Below, in pieces: positions 50,536 through 63,059 of a stretch of 64,000 nt of DNA (positions are counted from its first letter, which is position 1; every line of letters begins with the position of its first letter). The DNA is from Octopus bimaculoides. Its lineage: Eukaryota. A program made the position numbers and the translations under genes. Location: positions 88,366,555 through 88,430,554 of the forward strand of contig NC_068989.1 of NCBI RefSeq assembly GCF_001194135.2, given 5' to 3'. The notes under the pieces were generated by a model. It was not told the origin of the DNA. It worked only from the letters and a program-made list of their open reading frames with translations, and made no database searches.

Positions 50536-51621
50536 AACACTTGCCCAAAGGTGAACCTGGAACCATGTGGTTGAGAAGCAAACTTCTTACAACACAACCA
50601 TGCATATGTGCGCACACACACACACACACACGGTATCGAGCAGAATATCTGATATTGTTATACATCGCTGGTCACAATACTCTTCGCAGTGTTTTAGCTT
50701 CCGAGTGACGCCACCCTGCTCGCTGGATGAATGGGCCAACATGCATACATACACACACACACACACACATAATGCAATAACATGTTCTCTGATGATCCGT
50801 TCTGGTTAAGCATCTAAATGCACTCGGAACATCCAATGTAGATATCCAAGCAACCTGAACGTTTATCTTAATTTCTCATATACATACATACGTTTACTCT
50901 TTACTTGTTTCAGTCTTTTGACTGCGGCCATACTGGAGCACCGCCTTTATAGTCTAGCAAATCGACCCCAGAGCTTATTCTTTGTAAGTCTAGTAGTTAT
51001 TCTATCCGGAACCATGTGGTCGGTAAGCAAGCTAAAACTTTCCAGGAGTTTATTATTTAAATATATATGAGCGTGTCTCGATATGCAACTATATGCATGA
51101 GAATACATACATAAAACAAACAAATCTGCACATACATACCTTGTTGTTGCTTTTGAAATTCCAATAAAGGAACCTTGGATCTAGGTTAGAAATCGCTTCT
51201 TTCCCTATTGGCAAGAAATCTTGAAACAAACTGAATGACATACACACATACATCCACACAGACAGATACACACATATATGTACGTGTCCGTATGAACGAA
51301 TGATACGTAAGTTCGCATCACAACCACGAGATCCCCGAGTTCCATATTACTGCTTGGAATCTTAGGCAAATTTCATTTTCTAAAGCCTTCAATCTGAACG
51401 ATACCTTGTGAGAGAAATAGCATACGCAGAAAGTGTACAAAAGCTCGCCAGATGGATTGTACTTTTAATTTATAGGTAAGACCTTGTCGCACACAGTTTC
51501 ACGCTAATCGTGCCTGAGAACTACGCCAAGCAACGCATGAAATGCTCAGGTATTCACACATTAATTAAGAAACAAGTAATTCAAGTACCGTTCAAAGGAA
51601 CAAGCTCTAATTAGTTTTTTT

Positions 51622-51756
51622 GGTAATTTTTCAGATTAACACCCGCACGATCTTCACTAGGGTGTTAGGGTTAGAGTTTTAGGGTTAGGGTTAGGGTTTT
51701 AGGGTTAGGGTTAGGGTTTAGTGAAGATCGTGCGGGTGTCAATCTGAAAAATTACC
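51622..51756. mobile_element. fold-back element: 38-bp inverted arms around (TTAGGG)n
   Basis: Arms 51622-51659 and 51719-51756 (1 mismatch); about 59-bp core of TTAGGG/TTTTAGGG units. Confidence 0.85.
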
Positions 51757-52192
51757 GTTTTTTTTTCTTCTTGTGCCTGTACTCCGATAATTTCAAAAAT
51801 GAATTATTTCACGTTCTCTCGAATGTTTAGAAGATTTTTAGTGTCAGCACTCTCTCTCTTCTACTATAGCCTCCTAGGCCTTGTGACTGCTGCCCACCGC
51901 TTGACATCCTATGTTGGTTTGTTTACGCCCATGTGAACTAGGGGTTCGGCATAGGGAGACTGATAGAACAAGTACGATGTTTAAAAATAAGTATTGGGGG
52001 TTGATTTGTTTGACCAAACCGCTCCAGCATGGTCGCGGGCTAATGACAAAGACAAAAAAGTGCGTGTGTGTGTTNNNNNNNNNNAGGCTAATGACAAAGA
52101 CAAAAAAGTGCGTGTGTGTGGTTACCATTTTTACATTAAATTGAAGGATTACTCAATACATTTGGTAGAGTACAAAATTATTATTCTGTATA

Positions 52193-52646
52193 GGCGCAGG
52201 AGTGGCTGTGTGGTAAGTAGCTTGCTTAAGAACCACATGGTTCTGAGTTCATTCCCACTGCGTGGCACCTTGGGCAAGTGTCTTCTACTATAGCCTCGGG
52301 CCGACCAAAGCCTTGTGAGTGGATTTGGTTGACGGAAACTGAAAGAAGCCTGTCGTATATNNNNNNNNNNNNNNNNNNNNNNNNNNNNNNNNNNNNNNNN
52401 NNNNNNNNNNNNNNNNNATATATATATGTCTGTGTGTGTATATGTCTGTGTTTGTCACCCCACATTGCTTGACAACCGATGCTGGTGTGTTTATGTCCCC
52501 GTAACTTAGCGGTTCGGCAAAAGAGACCGATAGAATAAGTACTAGGCTTACAAAGAATAAGTCCTGGGGTCGATTTGCTCGACTAAATGCGGTGCTCCAG
52601 CATGGCCGCAGTCAAATGACTGAAACATGTAAGAGAGTAAAGAGTA
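52193..52646 (+). mobile_element. SINE family B, very young
   Basis: Essentially consensus with CpGs intact; gap at the microsatellite core. Confidence 0.9.
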
Positions 52647-53382
52647 ACTAGAATAGTATTGACAGTGATTTCGAAGTTATTATTAGTCGTGACAGTCTCC
52701 TGCTACTCTGAGTTAATCCAACACTAAACGTGTGGGTGTGTTCGTTTTATATATCTGCCCCTGGGCACAGTACTATGTTTACGTCAGCCAAGACTTATGT
52801 AAAATATATGCACGTCCATTGGCTTCATCAGGACATTAATCATATTATATAACAAGGTCGTTGTCGCAAACTGAAACCAGGGCAGGTCACAAAATGTCGA
52901 TATAAACGAGGGGTAAAAAAAAAAAACCTCTGTTTAATGTCTGAATTTGAGTACAACGTTGTATGAGTAGATGAGAGTCGTCAATTGTCTGAATCAATTC
53001 AGGCTGTATGTAGGTCGGTTCGTTTGTGGACATAACAAAAAAAGCTTAATTTTTTTTTCTCAAATAATTTTGGCCTTCCTTTTGTTTTTCTTTCTTTTGC
53101 TTACTTCCGGCAGCGTTTCGACGGAGACACAAAAGAGGCCAATCAGAGCGCTGCGTGTTGATTGCACTACAAAAACCAACTCATATGACACGAAGGATCG
53201 TCACTCGAATAGGTTATGTTGGTATGCGTCAACACAGTTCTAAATTGGGAACCAAAGCACAAAGAGATTAATGTTAGAGTGGCCATGAGAAGTGGAAACT
53301 GGTGTGACATTTGATCGGGGAAGGGATTTATTATTTCCACATGACTACAGATATGTAATTAATCTTATGTAACCTTTTCTAC

Positions 53383-53587
53383 TCTAGGCACAAGGCCCGA
53401 CATTTTTTGAGGAGGGGACCAATCGATTAGATCGACTCCAGTACGCAACTGGTACTTAATTTATCGACCTCGAAAGGATGAAAGGCAAAGTCGACCTCGG
53501 CGGAATTTGAACTCAGAACGTAAGACAGACAAAATACCGCTAAACATTTCGCCCGGCGTGCTAACGATTCTGCCAACTCGCCGCCTT
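53383..53587 (-). mobile_element. SINE family A, very young
   Basis: Near-consensus. Confidence 0.9.
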
Positions 53588-53624
53588 ATTCTTATGTAAC
53601 ACTATTAAAGTGGGGTGTAGATTT

Positions 53625-53960
53625 TAATTATTTCAGTCATTGGACTGCGGCTAAGCTGGAGCAATACCTTAAACAAACCGATCCCAGTAGTTATTTTTGA
53701 AGTTTGGTACTTATTCCATCGGTCTCTTTTGCCGAACTGCTAAGTTACGGGGAACGTAAACAAACCAACACAGATTGCCGAGTGGAAGGACAGACACAAA
53801 CACAAAACACACACACACACACATACAGTTTCCACCGGCCAAATTCATTCGGAATACTTTGGTTGGCTCGGCGTTATAGGAAAAGATACTTGCCTAAGGT
53901 ACCACGCAGTGGGACTGAACCCGGAACCATGTGGTTGGGAAGTAAACATCTTATCACACA
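53625..53960 (-). mobile_element. SINE family B
   Basis: B consensus. Confidence 0.8.
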
Positions 53961-55064
53961 AGCATATCTTTGTCTACTAAATTCGCAGAATCGTTTAAAG
54001 TGTGATATTTCTTTCGGTACTTTACATTCTGAGTTCAAATCCCGCCGAGGTCGACTTTGTCTTTCATTCTCTTTGGATCGATAAATTGTTGGCACTCNNN
54101 NNNNNNNNNNNNNNNNNNNNNNNNNNNNNNNNNNNNNNNNNNNNNNNNNNNNNNNNNNNNNNNNNNNNNNNNNNNNNNNNNNNNNNNNNNNNNNNNNNNN
54201 NNNNNNNNNNNNNNNNNNNNNNNNNNNNNNNNNNNNNNNNNNNNNNNNNNNNNNNNNNNNNNNNNNNNNNNNNNNNNNNNNNNNNNNNNNNNNNNNNNNN
54301 NNNNNNNNNNNNNNNNNNNNNNNNNNNNNNNNNNNNNNNNNNNNNNNNNNNNNNNNNNNNNNNNNNNNNNNNNNNNNNNNNNNNNNNNNNNNNNNNNNNN
54401 NNNNNNNNNNNNNNNNNNNNNNNNNNNNNNNNNNNNNNNNNNNNNNNNNNNNNNNNNNNNNNNNNNNNNNNNNNNNNNNNNNNNNNNNNNNNNNNNNNNN
54501 NNNNNNNNNNNNNNNNNNNNNNNNNNNNNNNNNNNNNNNNNNNNNNNNNNNNNNNNNNNNNNNNNNNNNNNNNNNNNNNNNNNNNNNNNNNNNNNNNNNN
54601 NNNNNNNNNNNNNNNNNNNNNNNNNNNNNNNNNNNNNNNNNNNNNNNNNNNNNNNNNNNNNNNNNNNNNNNNNNNNNNNNNNNNNNNNNNNNNNNNNNNN
54701 NNNNNNNNNNNNNNNNNNNNNNNNNNNNNNNNNNNNNNNNNNNNNNNNNNNNNNNNNNNNNNNNNNNNNNNNNNNNNNNNNNNNNNNNNNNNNNNNNNNN
54801 NNNNNNNNNNNNNNNNNNNNNNNNNNNNNNNNNNNNNNNNNNNNNNNNNNNNNNNNNNNNNNNNNNNNNNNNNNNNNNNNNNNNNNNNNNNNNNNNNNNN
54901 NNNNNNNNNNNNNNNNNNNNNNNNNNNNNNNNNNNNNNNNNNNNNNNNTTTGTTAAGAAGACTAAGAGTAAAAGATGTTTTATATGACACATTCTACCAG
55001 TGTCCCAAGTTTCAAAGTGATTCGTTAAGAAAATACTGGCGCCCCCGTTTTAAAATAGATCCCC

Positions 55065-55440
55065 CTTTTCTCCTGGAATTGTATTTCCTTCTGGCCTCGT
55101 GTCTTCCTTTCCAAAAATTCCTGGGACCGCGCCTGTTGACGGTCCTGTTTTATTCAGGATGTTAATTGATGGGCGAGCTACGAGTTTTTCGAAACTGAAA
55201 AACAGTCACACAAAATGCTGTAGAAATATTGTATTTTCCGTCATACAGGTCGACTTAGTATATAGTGTAAACATTGAAACATCGCCATTATCTTTCCGAA
55301 TGCTGATGCATTTAAAATGGAAATGTTGGTCCTCCAAAGTTGCTTCGGTTTAAAAGCCGACCTTATCATTTTGGTCTGCAAATTTTTGTCAGAAAAATTT
55401 GACTTGAATGCCGGAAAATACAATACATTCACAAACATAT
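55065..55440 (-). mobile_element. piggyBac-like transposase remnant
   Basis: LWRTNISILNASAFGKIMAM.FQCLHY and FWKGRH resemble the piggyBac motifs YWST...TP.FGKIMSR.RF...RCLHF and SL.LWKGRL. Frameshifted. Confidence 0.45.
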
Positions 55441-55514
55441 TCAATTACTTTATAAGTTATAATGGTTAGACGCGTTAAATACTTTCAGATATCATTACAT
55501 GTCTTTTGTCTTTC

Positions 55515-55865
55515 ACTTGTTTCCAGTATTGGACTGCGGCCATGCTGGGTCAACACCTTGAAGGGTTCTATCAAACAAATCTACCCTAGTACTTATTATA
55601 TAGATCCCTTTTGCCACTAAGTTATAGGGATGTAAACAAACCAACACCGGTGTGTCGAGTGGGGCAGGGGTAAAAACACGAACATATACACACGCGCATA
55701 CAAACGATGGGCTTCCATGCAATTTCCGTTTACCAAATTCATTTACAGTGAATTGGTCACCCCTGGGGCTCTAGTAGAGCGCATTCACCCATGGTGCCGC
55801 GCAGTGGAACTGAACCCGAAACCACGTAGATACAAAGCGAGCTCCTTAACCATGCAGCCATGCCT
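55515..55865 (-). mobile_element. SINE family B
   Basis: B consensus. Confidence 0.8.
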
Positions 55866-56519
55866 GCCTGAGAAATTTAATTCAAACACAAATAGGTTGA
55901 TAGGTAATAAACACATTTCACACAGCGAATTTTATAATCCTTGTGAATAATATCTTCAAATACGATCGTACATGTATTGTACAGCAGATAAAATACCCAG
56001 TTTATTTCAGATATACTAGAAACTATTTAACAGAAGTGTAGAATAAAAATCTAATATTGACCGCATACGCAGATGAATACATACATTCTGGCACAAATAG
56101 CTAGTAGGTAGGTAACAATACATATATTTCTCGGAAGTAATGACAATAAATAATAGCTATGAAAAATATCTTCAAACACAACCATATATGTATATAAATG
56201 AATATACGTGTACACACATACACAGAGATAGGTTATATAGTAATGTATTTCAGCTAGATACTGCTAGCTATAATAGTCGTGTTAAATACATTTAAATATT
56301 TACTATATACTTATAGAAATACATCCAGACGTATTATAGGTACGCAATAACAATGTACTTTAAAAGATGTTGATGGCTATTATAATGGCCAGTTGTGCTC
56401 AATACATTAAAATATTAACCATACAACTGAAAAAAAAATTACGTACTTCAGATTGTAGTGACTTCAATAGTTGGGCAAAATAGTTTCAAATAACGACCCT
56501 CTCTCTTGAATTTTTTTCT

Positions 56520-57270
56520 ACTTATTTCGGTCATTGGACTGCGGCCAAGCTGGGGCACTGCCTTGAAGGGTTTCAGTCGAACAAATCTACCCCGGTATTC
56601 ATGCATTTTTTTTTAAAGTCTGGTACTTATTCTATCGGTTTCTTTTGCCGAACCACTAGATAACAGAAACGTAAACAAACGAGCACTGTTCACACACACG
56701 TATTCACACACAACGAGTGTTTTCGTTACTGCCCACAAGGGGCTACACACAGAGGAAACAAACAAACGGATTAAGTCGACCCCGAAAAGATGAAAAGCAG
56801 AGTCGACCTCGGCGGAATTTGAACTCAGAACGTAACGGCAGACAAAATACCGCTAAGCATTTCGTCCGGCGTGCTAACTATTCTGCCAACTCGCTGCAAT
56901 TTCTTATTTCTTTATTGCCCACAGGGAGCTAAACATAGAAGGGACAAACAAAGACAGACTAAGGGATTAAGTCGATTACATTGATCCCAGTGCGTAACTG
57001 GTACTTAATTTATCGACCCCGAAAGGATGAAAAGCAAAGCCGACCTCAACAGAATTTGAACTCAGAACGTAACGGCAGACGAAACACCGCTAAGCATTTC
57101 GCCCGGTGTGCTAACGTTTCTGCCAGCTCGCCGCAGTTTCTGCCTACCAAATTCACTCACAAGGCGTTGGTCTGTCTGGTACTATAGTAGAAGACACTTG
57201 CCCAAAGGCGGTGCACAGTGGAATTGAACACGAAACTACATGGTTGCAACGCAAGCTTCTTATCCACACA
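56520..57270 (-). mobile_element. family-B SINE interrupted by two tandem family-A SINEs (about 56720-56897 and 56900-57133)
   Basis: B 3' part at 56520-56715, two A copies, B 5' part at 57135-57270. Confidence 0.85.
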
Positions 57271-57729
57271 GACATATGTTTCTGTTATTCCTCATTCGTA
57301 TTTTGAATTAATATAAGGGTCAAATATTCATTTCCGATAATGGGGCAAGCACGTCTATGCATGATATGTAACCCTACTTCTTTTCTATTGTTTGTTTTAA
57401 TTTATTTTTATTTCCCCATCATATCATGTGTTTACCTGTGTGAATATTAACCCGTGTCAGTCCTTATTTATAAATTCGAATAGCTTGCAACACCATTTTA
57501 GGGGTCAGTAGGCACTCAACATCTAAGTCTACGGTGTCGTGTTGTGCGCCATAAATATCCCAATGATATTGGACCGTTACGAGTAACATTTCCAAAGGAC
57601 CAGTGTAGCTGGCCCCTGTTTCTTAACAAATGAAATCAGACGTGAACAATTAAATACACAAAGAAAGAACCGCAACGGATTTGAATTCAACATGACCGAG
57701 TTGGTTGTCAAGTATTACGCGTCCATGTA

Positions 57730-58300
57730 GCCTCGTTCATCGCTGGTTCATTTATCAATGATCAGGGTTAGCAAGGCACGCTCGATTGTGAACCATGTTA
57801 CGCTTATCGCGGATTAATCAGTGATAACACGGGTCGGCTATCAGTCGAACATTCTGCTTGTGCTGCGAAAATCACGCTCCAGCGACCGTCGGCAATGTTC
57901 AGTTAGCTAGAACAGCGCTTCTTAAACTATGGGTCACGACCCCATTTGGGGTCGCAAAAATTAAATTCAAACACTTGAATTTCAGTTCACATGTTATTCC
58001 GCAAATGCACAATATTTAACGTGATGCGTTATATTTAATATCTGGGGTCGTGAAAAATCTCGTGATGAAAAATGGGGTCTGAATTAAAAAGTTGAAGAAG
58101 CGATGATCTAGAATGTATTTACGTCACCGAGTTGCAAGGCTGAGTTTCTTTTGTTTGTTTGTTTGTTTGTTTTTTTTGTATGGCTTTACGTATTCGTACC
58201 CTCAACATGGGATCAGTGAATAGAAAAAATACAAAGACGCTGGATCCTAATAAACAACGCAGACGAGTGTTTTCTCTACAGAAAAAGGTAGAAATGATGG
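57730..58300 (+). mobile_element. RTE LINE 5' end interrupted by a hAT MITE
   Basis: LRIRTLNMGSVNRK...RRRVFSLQK resembles the RTE APE start (LRVGTLNVGT...RRKVD..CLQE). Confidence 0.65.
57913..58105. mobile_element. hAT-type MITE
   Basis: TIR CAGCGCTTCTTAAACT / AGTTGAAGAAGCGATG; 8-bp TSD AGCTAGAA / ATCTAGAA. Confidence 0.75.
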
Positions 58301-59478
58301 TAGAAGTTTTGCTGCCAGGATCAATGAATCTACCGTTCGTTCCATTTACAAAGTGCATCGGGATTAATCGTTTATCACTTTCTTTTTCTCTTTTTAACTA
58401 AACCCTGCGATAAACGAGGAGAGATGTACTACACAACATCTATTGGTGCAATACTTAGGTTAAGAGCGCATCTACCGAGCTCCCAGCGAGCTTTAACAAA
58501 GATCGGATTAAATCATAACGCCATTATTATGTTAAGATGTCCGGACTACGTCTTCCGGCTAGCAACAAGAAACATACGAGGAGTTGTGTTTTGCCATTAC
58601 AACAGTCCCTATAGCCATTCAAAATTCCTAATTTGTTTTTCACACATTGTGTAGCTTAAACTATGTATAATGTTAGAGAATGAAACCTAGCTGATTCTTG
58701 CAATACATACCAATATATACATCCAAAGCAAATTTGTTTTAGGGTCCCTTAAAATACTATTTGTGGATCTTCAATTTACTATTTTGTTGCGTGGACCTCC
58801 AAAAATCTTATATGGACCCTCAGGGGCAATACTGACCCCGGTTGAGAACCACTTATCAAAACGTTGCCGACGACATCGCTTGCTATAGAACAAAATCATT
58901 TATGCTCAAGTCTTTTTATTAAGAGTAGAAATCAGCCAAACCTCAACTTACGTTCAATTTACGTTCAACTTACGTCCTTTTCTCAATACGTGTTTTGTCT
59001 TTGTTATTTTTGGAAGAAATTAACAGAAAGAATACNNNNNNNNNNNNNNNNNNNNNNNNNNNNNNNNNNNNNNNNNNNNNNNNNNNNNNNNNNNNNNNNN
59101 NNNNNNNNNNNNNNNNNNNNNNNNNNNNNNNNNNNNNNNNNNNNNNNNNNNNNNNNNNNNNNNNNNNNNNNNNNNNNNNNNNNNNNNNNNNNNNNNNNNN
59201 NNNNNNNNNNNNNNNNNNNNNNNNNNNNNNNNNNNNNNNNNNNNNNNNNNNNNNNNNNNNNNNNNNNNNNNNNNNNNNNNNNNNNNNNNNNNNNNNNNNN
59301 NNNNNNNNNNNNNNNNNNNNNNNNNNNNNNNNNNNNNNNNNNNNNNNNNNNNNNNNNNNNNNNNNNNNNNNNNNNNNNNNNNNNNNNNNNNNNNNNNNNN
59401 NNNNNNNNNNNNNNNNNNNNNNNNNNNNNNNNNNNNNNNNNNNNNNNNNNNNNNNNNNNNNNNNNNNNNNNNNNNNNN

Positions 59479-59512
<34 letters not shown>

Positions 59513-61004
59513 GCCGTTTTCGTGTTAAGTTGCACTTCTTGGAACCAGTCGAGGTATGCATATCCTGTTCATTTTCGCTGATCCCGTGATTGTGTGTGTG
59601 TGTGTGTGTGTGTGTCCGATACATACACACACGACAGTCAAGGACATACGACAATGGATTAGGAGATTCAATCGGCATCATGTTCCCTATTAGTGACTAG
59701 TACAAAAACAGAGAAGGGAAAGTTATTACACGGAAGCAGCCGACAAGCAACGAAAACGAACAACAAATAAAAGCATCATACAGCTCCTTAGATTTCCATT
59801 CTTCTCCATTAAAATTCCACGTCCAATCTTCCCGTCTCGCTGTTAGTATCCATATTGAACAGTAAATCGCTGAATTCATTTAATCTTATCTTTTACTGGT
59901 TTCATGTTATGGACAGCGACCATACTCGAGCAGCAGTCGATTATAAATAATTCTCTGTTACAGAGTGTCGATGTACAGATATTCCCGCAACCTCTTTCCA
60001 GAAGATATACCAATATAATATACACAAACGTGTAAATATATATATATATATATATATATATTATCCGAAGTGTACAGCATTATATATCCATTACGGTCGA
60101 TCTTAATCGGTTTAGCGCTACGGATTCAACGGAGTGTTTGGTAACAATCCGATTATGTANNNNNNNNNNNNNNNNNNNNNNNNNNNNNNNNNNNNNNNNN
60201 NNNNNNNNNNNNNNNNNNNNNNNNNNNNNNNNNNNNNNNNNNNNNNNNNNNNNNNNNNNNNNNNNNNNNNNNNNNNNNNNNNNNNNNNNNNNNNNNNNNN
60301 NNNNNNNNNNNNNNNNNNNNNNNNNNNNNNNNNNNNNNNNNNNNNNNNNNNNNNNNNNNNNNNNNNNNNNNNNNNNNNNNNNNNNNNNNNNNNNNNNNNN
60401 NNNNNNNNNNNNNNNNNNNNNNNNNNNNNNCATTATAGGTTCGTTCATTGATGGACCGACTGAGTAAACCGATCAAATAACGGACCTATAATGACTATCG
60501 GAAACAGCTTTAAGTCGAATTTACTACAATAAAAGAATATGTAATGACCATTATTTATACCTTATTTTACACACACACACACACTGGTCGACAAGAGTGC
60601 ATGGTAGAAGACATTTGTCCAGGATGCTGCGCAGTGGGGCCGAACGAGGTACTAAGCCGCTACGAACAGGGTCTTCTTAACTACACAGGCGACCGCGTTC
60701 TTTTCACAGGAAGTCTATACGTGCTCGTCCGATTTGCTAGATATAGCACCTCGCTTAACCTTCTCAAAGAAAAACAAGGAACACTGGACGATATAGCTCT
60801 AGACAGACAATATTTGGTTGTAAGGGGGAATGAGCTGACCACGACTGGAATCATTTTAATTATAGGTCTGCCAGGTCAGGGCTGGCAATACATGTGTTTC
60901 ATTTTCTCGCGTGGTCATCATATATAATTATGTTTGAAACCAAGAACCTTCGCTTATATTCCTTTTAAGCGAGGTTGTTACATTTATTCCTTCGGGTTTT
61001 CTTC

Positions 61005-61280
61005 TATCTTTATTTGTTTCAGTCGTAGACTACGGCCATGCTGGGGCACTGTCTCGAAGGAAATTGTGGAACAAATCGACCCCAGTATTTTCTTTAAGTC
61101 TGGTACTTATTCTATCGTTCTCTTTTGCCGAACTGCTATGTTACAAAGTGGCTGGGGACCAACAAAAACACAAAGACAAATAGGGATATACGTCAGTTTC
61201 CGTCCGACAAATTCATTCACAAGGCTTCGAACAGTACGAGGCTATAACAGAAGGCACTTGCTCAAAGTGCCGCGCAGTGG
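61005..61280 (-). mobile_element. SINE family B
   Basis: B consensus. Confidence 0.8.
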
Positions 61281-61519
61281 GGAAGTGCCTTTTACTACAA
61301 CCCCGGATCAACTAAAGCCTTGTGAGTCGATCCGTCCTATTTTACAGAGGTTGAATCACTGCCCAAACCGAACTTTTAAAACTGTGCGCCTGCCAGCTGG
61401 AGCAGCGTGCTCGATACTGTAGTATTGTGTATGGGTGATCTTCACCTTCTGTCAATTAACAATAGAAACATCAGGTGACATGATGTTGCTATAAATAGAA
61501 TGCCATCGATCTACACGTA

Positions 61520-62110
61520 CTACAGTGACCATACATTTAGCCCATGGCGATCTGAACAACGATTAAGAAGAGCAGTGTGTTTAAGTGAAATTCCGTTTGA
61601 AATGGAGAAAAACAATCTTTCTTTTGGACTTGTTGGAACATCTTTACGAGAACTTTTTGAACTGTGTGCAATATTAAAGTGTAAGCAGTAACGTCTCAGA
61701 TCGGAAAGAACAGCCACTAAAGACAATCCGAAATCTAGACAATCTTCTACAACAACGGACAACAATACTGCAAAATTGCCAGCTGTGATACGTGAAAATC
61801 GTCTGCTAACTGTTGGTGACGTTTGCAGAAAAGCAAGCATCTGTAAAAGTCTGTATCGCATGATTTTAGGAGAAAAATTAAGGATGCACACACCGTGTTG
61901 CTGCAAAATTTATGCCGCCTCTATTGACAGATGGGGAAGGAAAAAAAGAGAGCTGTGCCATAGTCAGTTAGGAGCAGTTTGAGCGTTTGAATACAGACGA
62001 ATACTTTCTGAAACGTGTCGTAACGGGTACGAAGCGTGATAATACGATTTCCGAACAGAAAGTTAGCCATCGCCGTCAGCCAGATGACTATCGTAGTGAC
62101 CAGCCTCAAA
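61520..62110 (+). pseudogene. mariner (Tc1/mariner) transposase remnant
   Basis: DNPKSRQSSTTTDNNTAKLPAVIRENRLLTVGDVCRKASICKSLYRMILGEKLRM..VAAKFMPPLLTD...YFLKRVVTG matches mariner (D.PRSGRPST...V...VRENRRLT...; VAAKFVPRLLT; FL.R.ITGDE). Frameshifts present. Confidence 0.85.
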
Positions 62111-62332
62111 AGAAAAACACGTCAAATCGCTCGTTTATGATGTTGTGTGTGTGTGTGTGTGTGTGTGTGNNNNNNNNNNTGTGTGTAATAAATAATAAGA
62201 GAGTTGGTGGAACATAGCGGCTATGTTCCAGTAAACGCGTCCTGAATTGTGGTGATGCAAGTGACGTCTGATGAACGTAATATCAAAATGGTGGTGAGAT
62301 GCAAGATCAAATGTAATACAGTGAAGGGCAAA

Positions 62333-62492
62333 GCCGGTCTAAGGTACCGGCAACTCGAGCAATTGCCCGGGGCGCCATAACCTTTCTAGTCTACATTTTC
62401 AGTTTTTCTCTTTGTGAAAGTTTTTAAAAATTGTACTTCTAAGGGCGCCGAAGTTCAGCTTGCCCGGGACGCCAGCAACGCTAGGGCCGGCC
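62333..62492. mobile_element. short hAT-like MITE (GCCGG...GGCCGGCC ends)
   Basis: GCCGGTCTAAGG / GCTAGGGCCGGCC plus internal GGGCGCC motifs. Confidence 0.55.
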
Positions 62493-62875
62493 AGCGAAAT
62501 TTTTTTCCCCACGAGACCCCAGTAATGAACTCATTTAGATACGGCCAATCAGAGCTCACTTGACCTTGTTGTCAGGTTAACAAAGATTGACATCCAAAAT
62601 GGCGACTTCCGATTGCCATGCGAATCTTGCATTGTGCTCTCACAACACAAATAACTACACAGAGGCAGTCATGGTTGAAACAAGAACAACAAGCATTATT
62701 AAAAGAGAAAAGAAGCATGGTCACTCCTTACCCAAGTGACCTTATCTTATCGCCCATCACTTGCTATGCGCTCATTAATTAGTTTGATAGTTGAGCTCTG
62801 ATTGGCTGTATGTAAATGAGTTCCTAACTGGGGTCCGGAACTCTCGTGGGAAAGAAAATATCGTGGTCGCCCCTG
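62483..62875. mobile_element. MITE with about 60-75-bp imperfect TIRs
   Basis: CCCACGAGACCCCAGTAATGAACTCATTTAGATACGGCCAATCAGAGCTCA versus TGAGCTCTGATTGGCTGTATGTAAATGAGTTCCTAACTGGGGTC...TCTCGTGGG. Confidence 0.75.
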
Positions 62876-63059
62876 GTGAGGGGCACAGCAGCAGGCTGGA
62901 AAGACGAGAGTTCAATATGTAAAAAAAAAATTAGAGAATGGAGCAAGTGCTTAGGTTGAACTTGAAATGGAGGAGGCAATCGACTCCATTCTACTAAATA
63001 TTACACATTTCAATGTTGGGTCGTTTCTTCCACACACGTCCATTTTTATCTTCTATCTT

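Noticed and set aside
52037-52120. Direct repeat of about 35 bp flanking a 10-N gap
   Set aside because: Typical unmerged contig overlap, i.e. an assembly artefact.
7504-60476. Long ORF-track entries made of X residues (e.g. 53874-54992, 54002-55165, 49902-50708, 58864-59589)
   Set aside because: They are open only because they span N gaps.
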